A stretch of DNA of 35,655 nt from Candidatus Babeliales bacterium (GTDB taxonomy: Bacteria > Babelota > Babeliae > Babelales > UASB340), in the NCBI GenBank assembly GCA_021735465.1, contig JAIPGX010000001.1, positions 1-35,655 on the forward strand, in the 5' to 3' direction. The number at the start of each line of letters is the position of its first letter. Position 1 is the first letter of the stretch. A program made the position numbers and the translations under genes. This document shows positions 28,717 to 35,655 of this stretch, one piece after another. The notes beneath the pieces are model-generated. The model ran no database searches. It had not been told where the DNA came from and saw nothing but the letters and a program-made list of their open reading frames with translations.

Positions 28717-29336
28717 TAAAAAGGCCGACGTTCTGACATTGCTTTATGAATAGTAACACGATCCATGAATTCTAATACAGAGCCAATAGGTACACCACTG
28801 GCAAGTTTTGAAATTTTAACTTCTAGCTTAGATTCTTCAATCCTTGAACAAACAAAGCTTGCAGTAGCTTCTCCCTCTGGAGTTGGGTTTGTTGCAAAAA
28901 TAATTTCTTTTACAGTATTTAAATTTTCAGATTCTCTTAATCTTTTTAATAATTGTTCAATATTTAAATCTTCAGGCCCGATACCTTCCAGAGGGCTTAA
29001 AGCACCGCCCAATATGTGATAAAGACCATTGTAACTATTCGTTTTTTCTATGGCTAACAAATCATGCCAGGTTTGTACCACACATATAATAGATTTATCT
29101 CTTCTATTTGAATTGCAAATTTCACACAAGTTAGAATTTTCTGTCCAATTAAAACATTGCTCACAACTTTTAATATTTTTTTTTGCTTGCAAAATAACCG
29201 AGCAAAGCTCTTCTATTTCATTATCTTTTGCCATCAAAAAATAATTTGCAACTCTATAAATATTTTTTGAAGCTAAATAAGGCACTTTTTGCAAATGCCT
29301 TATAAGCTTTTTTAATCCTGGTAATTCTGTAGTCAT
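28716..29336 (-). CDS. recR: Recombination protein RecR
   Basis: 206 aa with the zinc finger CEQC...CEIC, a Toprim region, and HILGGALSPLEGIGPEDL. Its stop overlaps the lptD start (TAATG). Confidence 0.93.
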   Translation of the reverse strand: MTTELPGLKKLIRHLQKVPYLASKNIYRVANYFLMAKDNEIEELCSVILQAKKNIKSCEQCFNWTENSNLCEICNSNRRDKSIICVVQTWHDLLAIEKTNSYNGLYHILGGALSPLEGIGPEDLNIEQLLKRLRESENLNTVKEIIFATNPTPEGEATASFVCSRIEESKLEVKISKLASGVPIGSVLEFMDRVTIHKAMSERRPF

Positions 29337-29353
29337 AACTTTTACACAAATAC

Positions 29354-29387
29354 CGTTCGTATGGTTCGACGAGGCTCACCACGAACG
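29354..29387 (-). other. GC-rich stem-loop in the 53-nt yidC-recR spacer (possible attenuator, terminator or processing site)
   Basis: cgttcgt (29354-29360) pairs with acgaacg (29381-29387), and there is an inner ggt/acc extension. It begins 3 nt after the yidC stop and is followed on the minus strand by GGTATTTGTG. It is a conspicuous GC island in AT-rich DNA. Confidence 0.4.
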
Positions 29388-29389
29388 TA

Positions 29390-30964
29390 CTAGCCAACTA
29401 TTTTTTTTCTTAAATAATCTTCACCAACAGTTAAAAGATTGTTAGTCAACCAATAAAGTACTAATCCGGCTGGAAAATTTATAAAAATGGCAGTAAAGAC
29501 CACAGGCATAAAAAGCATCATGACTTTTTGTTTACTATCCGTAACCGGCGCCATAAGTTGTTGCAAAATCATAGAGCCACCCATCAAAATAGGTAAAACA
29601 TAATATGGATCTTTAGATGACAGATCTGTAATCCAACCAAATAACGGCGCCTGATATAAAGATAAATAGCCATTCAAAACACGATATAAAGCAAACAATA
29701 TTGGCATCTGTATTACCAAAGGCAAACAGCCAGATATTGTAGAAGTTGGAGAAAGATTATGTTCTTTATGGTATCTAACAATTTCTTCTTGTTGTCTTCT
29801 TAAATCATCTTTAAATTTTGTTCTAATTCTACCTATTGCAGGTTGATGTTTTTGATACGCTTCCATTTTTTTTCTTCCCCACATGGTCAATGGTGTAAAT
29901 GGAATTTTAATAAGAAAAGTTAAAATAATAATTGCTAAACCATAATTTTTTACATAAGACACTATAAGATTCAAAAAAGCTAATAATAATTTACATAACC
30001 AAGAAAGCCAACCAAAAGACAAAAGCTCTTCTAATCGTTGATCAACACTTCCAAGATCATCTACTAATTTTGGACCAATATAAAAAGAAATTTTATATTC
30101 ACTTTTTTCTTTTATTTCAGGTCCCTCTAAGACAGGATATAATTTGTTGCCTACTTTTTTAAACATAGCTCTTTGAACATAGTTATTTGTATCAGCAACT
30201 AAACAATGTGCAAAATATTTATCTTGTGCTCCAAAAATTGCGGGAGCAACCCAGGCCGAATCAAGGTTATTAGCATTAATTATATCTATATTTTGTCCGC
30301 CGATACTGCTTGAGAAAGCACTTATTTTATCATCAGTTACTTCACCTATAAATGGTGCTGGAAAAAATATACGGCTTCTTACTGAATTTAAATTTTTATC
30401 TTGTTCCAATTTTGGTACAAAATCTAACAAAATATCTATTTTATAATTATTATCATTTAAAAAATAAGTTTTATTTATAATCCAATTTTCCGTCTGAGCT
30501 TGATATAAAACAGTCTTTTGATCGCCCAAATCTTTTACTTCAGCAAACTTATAAAAATATGGTGTTTTTTCATCAAGAGCAATCAAAAACGCACCTTCTT
30601 CTCTTTGATAAAAGCTTACAGGCTGAATAGTTCTTAAAGGCGTTTTATTTTTCCCTAAGAATTTTTTAAAACTTATATTCGAAATTATGCCACCATAATT
30701 AGAAAAAGAGACATTATAAAGACCTGTTTCTACTTCTTTTATATCTTCTTTTTGTGTCATCTTTTTATCGATAAAATCTATCTCTGTATTAATTGGCCTA
30801 GCTAAATCTTGAGCCGTTGGAACTTTGTAACTTTGCCCAGGAAGAACTTGTGCAGGAACACCTGCTGGCTGCATTTTTTGTTGATTTTTATTATTAAAAT
30901 AATTAAAAATCATGATAGTCGTTGCTGTCAAAAATAAAGCAACTAAAAGATTTGTTTTATTCAT
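29390..30964 (-). CDS. yidC: Membrane protein insertase YidC
   Basis: 524 aa with an N-terminal TM segment, a large periplasmic domain, and a conserved core KFKDDLRRQQEEIVRYHKEHNLSP...GCLPLVIQMPILFALY. Confidence 0.93.
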   Translation of the reverse strand: MNKTNLLVALFLTATTIMIFNYFNNKNQQKMQPAGVPAQVLPGQSYKVPTAQDLARPINTEIDFIDKKMTQKEDIKEVETGLYNVSFSNYGGIISNISFKKFLGKNKTPLRTIQPVSFYQREEGAFLIALDEKTPYFYKFAEVKDLGDQKTVLYQAQTENWIINKTYFLNDNNYKIDILLDFVPKLEQDKNLNSVRSRIFFPAPFIGEVTDDKISAFSSSIGGQNIDIINANNLDSAWVAPAIFGAQDKYFAHCLVADTNNYVQRAMFKKVGNKLYPVLEGPEIKEKSEYKISFYIGPKLVDDLGSVDQRLEELLSFGWLSWLCKLLLAFLNLIVSYVKNYGLAIIILTFLIKIPFTPLTMWGRKKMEAYQKHQPAIGRIRTKFKDDLRRQQEEIVRYHKEHNLSPTSTISGCLPLVIQMPILFALYRVLNGYLSLYQAPLFGWITDLSSKDPYYVLPILMGGSMILQQLMAPVTDSKQKVMMLFMPVVFTAIFINFPAGLVLYWLTNNLLTVGEDYLRKKIVG

Positions 30965-31096
30965 TAAATTTTTACCCTTTAAAATAAAGTTTTATAAATA
31001 TTTATATATTGTTACTAACGAAAAATAAAAAATAAGTTTAACAAAGAATAAAAATGCTAGCTAGTTTTTATAAAGATTAAAAATTTTTTTAATTTT

Positions 31097-31124
31097 TTCA
31101 AAAGCTTGATCTTAACTTTATATT
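31097..31124 (+). promoter_or_regulatory. Weak candidate promoter for the giant ORF
   Basis: TTCAAA (31097-31102), 16 nt, TATATT (31119-31124), about 55 nt upstream of the ATG. Chance matches are likely in AT-rich DNA. Confidence 0.2.
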
Positions 31125-31181
31125 TTAAATAAACTTTTTCAAATCAAGATTTTTTAAAAAAAATAATTTTGGAGAAAATTA

Positions 31182-31250
31182 ATGCACAAAATTTTAAAAT
31201 TAATTTTAACTTTATGTTTTATAATAAATATTAATACAAAAATTTTTGCT
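31182..31250 (+). other. Predicted Sec signal peptide of the giant protein
   Basis: MHKILKLILTLCFIININTKIFA|VDYGS has a basic n-region, a hydrophobic core and an I-F-A cleavage-type site. Confidence 0.6.
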
Positions 31251-34200
31251 GTCGATTACGGTTCAGACACTGCTGTTGCCATTACACCTGTCACTATGGC
31301 AACAGGCCAAGATAACATAATAAAATCTTTTGGCTGGGCAAAACATGGATTAACATTTGAAGATGCTATAACTACAGTTACTTTTCAGTCTGCTTTTCCT
31401 ATTGCTGGCCCCATAGATATGCAAGGTGGAAAATTTTATCTTGATACAGATTTAGTCTTAAGTAATACCGCAAAATTTCTATCCCTTGGTTCTATAGAAG
31501 GTTATAATCACATGCTCTCTCTTTCGGAGTCTACTACCAATATGCGATTTATTGGAACTATAGGTGATAGTGCAACTTTAAATTTAATTGCACGAGCAAC
31601 TGAAGGCAATACTATTAATTCAGTTGATTGGTCATATGATAATAATTATATTGTTGCTGGAGCAGATCAAATAGGTGGACCAGGAAATAATTTATTTATA
31701 TATTCATATATAAACGACATACTTACTAAAGTTAATACCACAGGCCTAAACTCAGCTGTATTTTCAACTCGCTGGCACCCTTCTTCATATTATTTAGCAA
31801 TAGGGTCAGATAGGGTCAATGCTGAACTAAGAATTTATTCTTTTACACCACCCAACACAACATCTTTAGAACAATCATATAATGCCGGAGATAATATATA
31901 TTCCACAATTTGGCACCCAACAGGTAATTTTTTAGCCTCTGGAGGTATTTCAAATACAGATACAATAACAATTTTTACTTTTTCTGCCGGAACAATAACA
32001 AGAAGAACGGGAGTCAATAAAACACAAGATATTTCATCAGATACTCTTGTTTGGGCACCATCAGGAAACGGTAATTATTTAGCCTCAGGCTTTACAACAG
32101 ATGGAACAAATCCAGAATTAATTGTTTATTTATTTAATAACACAACACCATCTTTAACTTCAACTGCACAAAAATTAATAAATCAAAGTATAACTGCGCT
32201 AGATTGGTCACCAACAGGAACATATTTGGCTGTAGGCCTTTCTGGCGGGAATAATAGATTAAGAATTTACGAAAGAAATATTAGTAGAGGAGCAGCATCT
32301 TCTTATGGCTATTTAGAAGAGGCAACAAGACTTGATGAAACTCAAACTGTAAAATCTGTGAACTGGTCAAGTGATGGAACAAAGCTCAGTGTAGGATTAG
32401 AAAATAGTACAGGAACAGAATTCAGATTTTATTCCTTTTCTACATCACCAACTCCAACCATAAGCCTTTTAGCTGGAGTAGAATCATCTACAAATATAAA
32501 TTCCACAAAATTCTCTAACGACGATATGTACATCGCAAATGGCGATTCTTCAAATTTTGTTTCCGTATATAAACCTATTTTAACAGGTTCATTTTATTTT
32601 AAAGACTTAAACATATTTTTGTATAACAATGTTTTATTACAAAGTCCTTTAACATTTGAAGGCAACTGCTCTATAGATGCAAGAGGCAAAACCTTAGAAT
32701 TATCAGGAAATGCAAGCTTAAATATAAAACCTAATTCTACAACATCAATTAAAAGAACTGATTTAAAATTAGATAATCCTGGAACTTTTGCGTTAGAAAG
32801 CAAAAGTTCAGTCTTAAAATTTGAAGACTCAATAATAGAATTAAGTTCTGATGTGACTATTGGAGATGGAGCTCTAGGGATAGATGGGGACTTGGTTATA
32901 ACGGGACCATATACATTAAATTATTCAACCGCAACTACATCAACAATAAACGAATTTTCTTCTTTAAAAATAGAAAATGAAGCAACTTTGGCTATAGGAA
33001 GAAATCCATCAATATCAAGGCAACCGTTAGATTTTATAGATGACACTTCTTTTTTAATATTAGATAATGCAACACTTAATATAACAAATTCCGGACTTAA
33101 TATAAAAAAAGGTAAACTAAAAACTTTTAACAAATCTATCATAGATATTGATTCTCCTGATAATGAGTATGGCTTAATACTTGGTGACGGAACCTTAGAA
33201 AATGATGCAACTTTAGAAATAAAATCAGGATCTGAATTATTACTAAAAAATGGCCCTATAGTAATGAATACTCTTGGCAATGAAAATTTAAATTTTTTCG
33301 CAGACTCTTCAAAATTAACTTTTAGTGATTATCAATCAAGCCTACAAGTTCAACGAAGATTAAATATAAGCACTGGTACAATTTCACCTAAAACACAAGA
33401 TAATATTTCAGTATCAGATAATGCGTATTTAAGCGTTAATAATATAAAATTTGTAGATCAATCAACTAAAGAAGAATTCTTTTTAACAGGTACCATTCAA
33501 AATGCAAATAATATAATTTTAGATCAAGACGATCTTTTAACTTTAAATGCTGGTAATTTATCAAAAACAATTACCGTATCAAGGAACAATAACACAATAC
33601 GTGGAGTAGGCGGTTTTACTGGTGAATTAAATTTAACGTACAGCATGGCTAATTTAATATTTAATTTGAGCCCAATTAATAATAACAATATAGATTTAAA
33701 TAAGAGCAAAATAATTTTAGAGAACGACTCTAATTTTTTAAGAGATTTCATTTTTACAAACAGTGGCACCGTTGATTTAACATATTACAAATTATCTTTT
33801 GGGGCACAAGATGCCTTACATACAAGTACTATATACTGGCAAGGTACAGAGGGAAAAATAGAATTAAATTCAAAATTATCTTTAACTGGCACATGGACAT
33901 TTAGAGGCAATTTTGTAATTTACGGAAATAACAACACATTAGATTTAGGCAGTAGCGGTCAAATTTTTTTAGAAGGTGATTCAAGTGTACAATTTAAAGA
34001 TTTAGCAATTCAAAATTTAAAAAACACAAATTTTAAATGCACTACAAATCGAGGACAAATAACTTTAAATAATTGCATTTTATCTCAAACTAATGACTTT
34101 AATTTTCCATATGGTTCAATAGGATTTATGAATCAAAACTATTTACAAGCAAAAAATAGTTCAAGTTCAGATTTTACTTTTTATTATGATACAACACAAA

Positions 34201-35655
34201 CAAGTACAATAAAATCAATTAGTAATCTACAAATATCAAATGGCATAACATTCAAGCTTGGCAAAAAAAATTCAGCCTCTACTGTGCAACCATTGGAATT
34301 TGAAGATGCTTCTTCAATTCTAGATTTAAATGGATGTACTCTACATGTCACATCTTCTGGTATGCAATTATTAAGAGGCGAAATGCGTATATCAGATAAT
34401 TCTACTTTAGATATAGACGCTGCCAACTATGATACGGGCTTTATTATTGGTGATGGCACAACTTCAGATAATGATTTTATTATAAGAATCGGTGGTGGTA
34501 ATAAATTAATAATAAATACAGGAAAACTTTTTTATAACAATGTAAATTCAGAAAATAAAATTATATTCACAAGTTTAGCTTCTGCAATACGAGTTGAATC
34601 TGATTTAGGCCTTGTCGCCAAAAAAAATCTAAAAATAGTAAATGGTACTTTATTATTTCCACTTGCTGATGCAATACAAACTTTCGATGATTCATTTTTT
34701 GAACAAGATAATATTACGCATATACATGATACCTTTTATGCTGTTCACAAATCAAAAGCGCAACTTAAGAAAAAAGCCGGCTCGTTCTTTCCTACTGAAT
34801 ATTATATTTTTGATACAGGTTATTTTTATAGTTTAGAGGGAGACGCAAGGGTCCCATTAAATGTAGAAGCTGGAACTACTACAATAGGTGGATCTGGATT
34901 AATAAGTGCTACAACTACAATCAAAGATGCTAATGCAAGTATTAATACAAATTCAACAGCAAACTATCAAAATAATATAATTTTAAATGGTGGCACTCTT
35001 TCTTTAGATTCAGATTTAAAATTCATAGGAAATAAAAAATTATCAGGCTCAGGCATTATCAATTTGAATAATAGCAGACTTTCTTTTGGAACAGACGAAC
35101 TAACTTTCTCAGATCCTATTTATTGGAATTCTTCTTCTGGAATAGATTTAAATGCAAAAACAACTTTGAGTACAACATGGACAATTAATGGTATTTATAA
35201 TTTAAATGGTCACGGTAATATTCTTGATATGAGCTCTGGTGGCCGCATAGAAATTAGACCAGACTCAACTTTATTCTTAACAGATATAGTTATTAAAGGC
35301 CTTGGCCATGGTTATGGTAGATTATTACCATTGGCAGATTCAGCACAAATAAATATGTCCAATGTTTATATTGAACTTGATAACGATTATTCTACAACAA
35401 TTGGTGGCATCTATGTCGAAGGGCCTACAACCTTTGGTCTTAAAAATTATAATTGGACATTTGATCAACAAGCTTCTTTGACTGTAGATGGCATAACTTT
35501 ATGGCAAGATCCATTAGATAAAATAAATTATGGCAAAATTAAATTTGGCTCAGGGACTTTATCAAAATATTTATCTTTGACAGAAAGTGGCACTATAAAA
35601 ACTTGTGCAAATCTTGATATTATTTCAACAAATACTCAGGCCCTTGCTATTGACA
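31182..35655 (+). CDS. Giant secreted/surface protein (3' end outside the window): signal peptide, 7-bladed WD40-like beta-propeller, and at least 3 tandem ~420-aa beta-helix-like modules
   Basis: I hand-translated the whole frame. ATG at 31182 has GGAG at 31171-31174 and an in-frame TAA at 31164 upstream. There is no stop through 35654, giving at least 1,491 codons. It is absent from the ORF track, presumably because it has no stop inside the window. Only short antisense or out-of-frame ORFs are listed there. Confidence 0.9.
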   Translation, partial: MHKILKLILTLCFIININTKIFAVDYGSDTAVAITPVTMATGQDNIIKSFGWAKHGLTFEDAITTVTFQSAFPIAGPIDMQGGKFYLDTDLVLSNTAKFLSLGSIEGYNHMLSLSESTTNMRFIGTIGDSATLNLIARATEGNTINSVDWSYDNNYIVAGADQIGGPGNNLFIYSYINDILTKVNTTGLNSAVFSTRWHPSSYYLAIGSDRVNAELRIYSFTPPNTTSLEQSYNAGDNIYSTIWHPTGNFLASGGISNTDTITIFTFSAGTITRRTGVNKTQDISSDTLVWAPSGNGNYLASGFTTDGTNPELIVYLFNNTTPSLTSTAQKLINQSITALDWSPTGTYLAVGLSGGNNRLRIYERNISRGAASSYGYLEEATRLDETQTVKSVNWSSDGTKLSVGLENSTGTEFRFYSFSTSPTPTISLLAGVESSTNINSTKFSNDDMYIANGDSSNFVSVYKPILTGSFYFKDLNIFLYNNVLLQSPLTFEGNCSIDARGKTLELSGNASLNIKPNSTTSIKRTDLKLDNPGTFALESKSSVLKFEDSIIELSSDVTIGDGALGIDGDLVITGPYTLNYSTATTSTINEFSSLKIENEATLAIGRNPSISRQPLDFIDDTSFLILDNATLNITNSGLNIKKGKLKTFNKSIIDIDSPDNEYGLILGDGTLENDATLEIKSGSELLLKNGPIVMNTLGNENLNFFADSSKLTFSDYQSSLQVQRRLNISTGTISPKTQDNISVSDNAYLSVNNIKFVDQSTKEEFFLTGTIQNANNIILDQDDLLTLNAGNLSKTITVSRNNNTIRGVGGFTGELNLTYSMANLIFNLSPINNNNIDLNKSKIILENDSNFLRDFIFTNSGTVDLTYYKLSFGAQDALHTSTIYWQGTEGKIELNSKLSLTGTWTFRGNFVIYGNNNTLDLGSSGQIFLEGDSSVQFKDLAIQNLKNTNFKCTTNRGQITLNNCILSQTNDFNFPYGSIGFMNQNYLQAKNSSSSDFTFYYDTTQTSTIKSISNLQISNGITFKLGKKNSASTVQPLEFEDASSILDLNGCTLHVTSSGMQLLRGEMRISDNSTLDIDAANYDTGFIIGDGTTSDNDFIIRIGGGNKLIINTGKLFYNNVNSENKIIFTSLASAIRVESDLGLVAKKNLKIVNGTLLFPLADAIQTFDDSFFEQDNITHIHDTFYAVHKSKAQLKKKAGSFFPTEYYIFDTGYFYSLEGDARVPLNVEAGTTTIGGSGLISATTTIKDANASINTNSTANYQNNIILNGGTLSLDSDLKFIGNKKLSGSGIINLNNSRLSFGTDELTFSDPIYWNSSSGIDLNAKTTLSTTWTINGIYNLNGHGNILDMSSGGRIEIRPDSTLFLTDIVIKGLGHGYGRLLPLADSAQINMSNVYIELDNDYSTTIGGIYVEGPTTFGLKNYNWTFDQQASLTVDGITLWQDPLDKINYGKIKFGSGTLSKYLSLTESGTIKTCANLDIISTNTQALAID
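31611..32576 (+). other. Seven WD40-like (WD40/PD40-type) propeller blades within the giant protein
   Basis: The repeating pattern is xxW(S/H/A)PxGxYLAxG...(L/F)RIYxF. Conserved Trp codons lie at 31629, 31773, 31911, 32052, 32205 and 32364, with Phe at 32511. The spacing is 46-53 codons. Confidence 0.7.
32640..35655 (+). repeat. Tandem in-frame protein-level repeats, about 1.25-1.29 kb (415-429 aa) per module, at least 3 copies
   Basis: The motif T(W)TFxGNxxIxGxGNxLDLSxxGxIxIxxxS recurs with its aligned Thr codon at 32652, 33897 and 35181. G(L/F)I(L/I)GDGTxxND recurs at 33183 and 34449. LS(F)G recurs at 33801 and 35088. Confidence 0.7.

Noticed and set aside
22051-29244. + strand ORFs antisense to lpxC, rplM, pyrG and recR (22051-22266, 22569-22790, 22874-23071, 23672-23881, 28765-29019, 29050-29244).
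   Set aside because: For the same reason: they are shadow ORFs opposite well-supported genes.
31835-34426. Five minus-strand ORFs in the track (31835-32017, 32594-32803, 32921-33280, 33524-33769, 34184-34426).
   Set aside because: All lie antisense to the uninterrupted 1,491-codon + strand frame. They are short, have no RBS or recognisable motifs, and are the usual shadow ORFs opposite a long gene in AT-rich DNA.
34642-34836. A + strand 64-aa ORF, the only + strand call in this region.
   Set aside because: It is in a different frame (start position 1 mod 3) from the giant ORF (0 mod 3) and gives a hydrophobic, low-complexity translation. It is an out-of-frame artefact inside the real gene.
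31182-35655. Assigning the giant protein to chlamydial Pmp, RTX or classical autotransporter families.
   Set aside because: I found no regular GGA[ILV]/FxxN pairs and no GGxGxD nonapeptides. The C-terminus, where a barrel would be, lies outside the window. Naming a family would be unsupported.
1-35655. An alternative genetic code (for example TGA=Trp) suggested by the extreme AT content.
   Set aside because: TGA terminates the conserved genes rplQ, rpoA, adk and rplD at their expected ends. Conserved Trp positions use TGG. Standard code 11 fits.
1-35655. Mobile elements, CRISPR arrays, prophage genes, and tRNA or rRNA genes.
   Set aside because: I saw no direct-repeat/spacer arrays, no transposase-, integrase- or phage-like ORFs, and no cloverleaf-capable segments in any intergenic region. 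All intergenic regions are 230 nt or shorter.

Overview
This is an AT-rich bacterial chromosomal segment (roughly 30% GC by eye, not computed). It uses the standard code: TAA, TAG and TGA all end conserved genes, and Trp is TGG. About 85% of the window is tightly packed housekeeping DNA on the minus strand.

(1) Bases 907-20337 hold one uninterrupted translation super-cluster, in str, S10, spc and alpha operon order: rpsL-rpsG-fusA-tuf-rpsJ-rplC-rplD-rplW-rplB-rpsS-rplV-rpsC-rplP-rpmC-rpsQ-rplN-rplX-rplE-rpsN(Z type)-rpsH-rplF-rplR-rpsE-rplO-secY-adk-map-infA-rpmJ-rpsM-rpsK-rpsD-rpoA-rplQ. There is no L30 gene. I added rpmJ by hand because it is missing from the ORF track.

(2) The + strand carries rseP, convergent with lpxC.

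(3) rplM has its own sigma70-like promoter and a strong hairpin, but no rpsI follows it.

(4) yidC-recR-lptD-pepP-pyrG form a tightly coupled minus-strand block.

The non-housekeeping content sits at the two ends. On the left is a truncated LDH/MDH-like start and a small secreted Lys-rich protein whose core resembles ubiquitin. On the right is a very large + strand ORF (31182 to the window end, at least 1,491 codons) that is absent from the supplied ORF track. It encodes a signal peptide, a seven-bladed WD40-like propeller and at least three tandem ~420-aa beta-helix-like modules. This giant gene is my top candidate for something new.

A conserved two-hairpin intergenic module occurs twice (820-885 and 21724-21822). 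I saw no rRNA, tRNA, CRISPR array, transposase or integrase.
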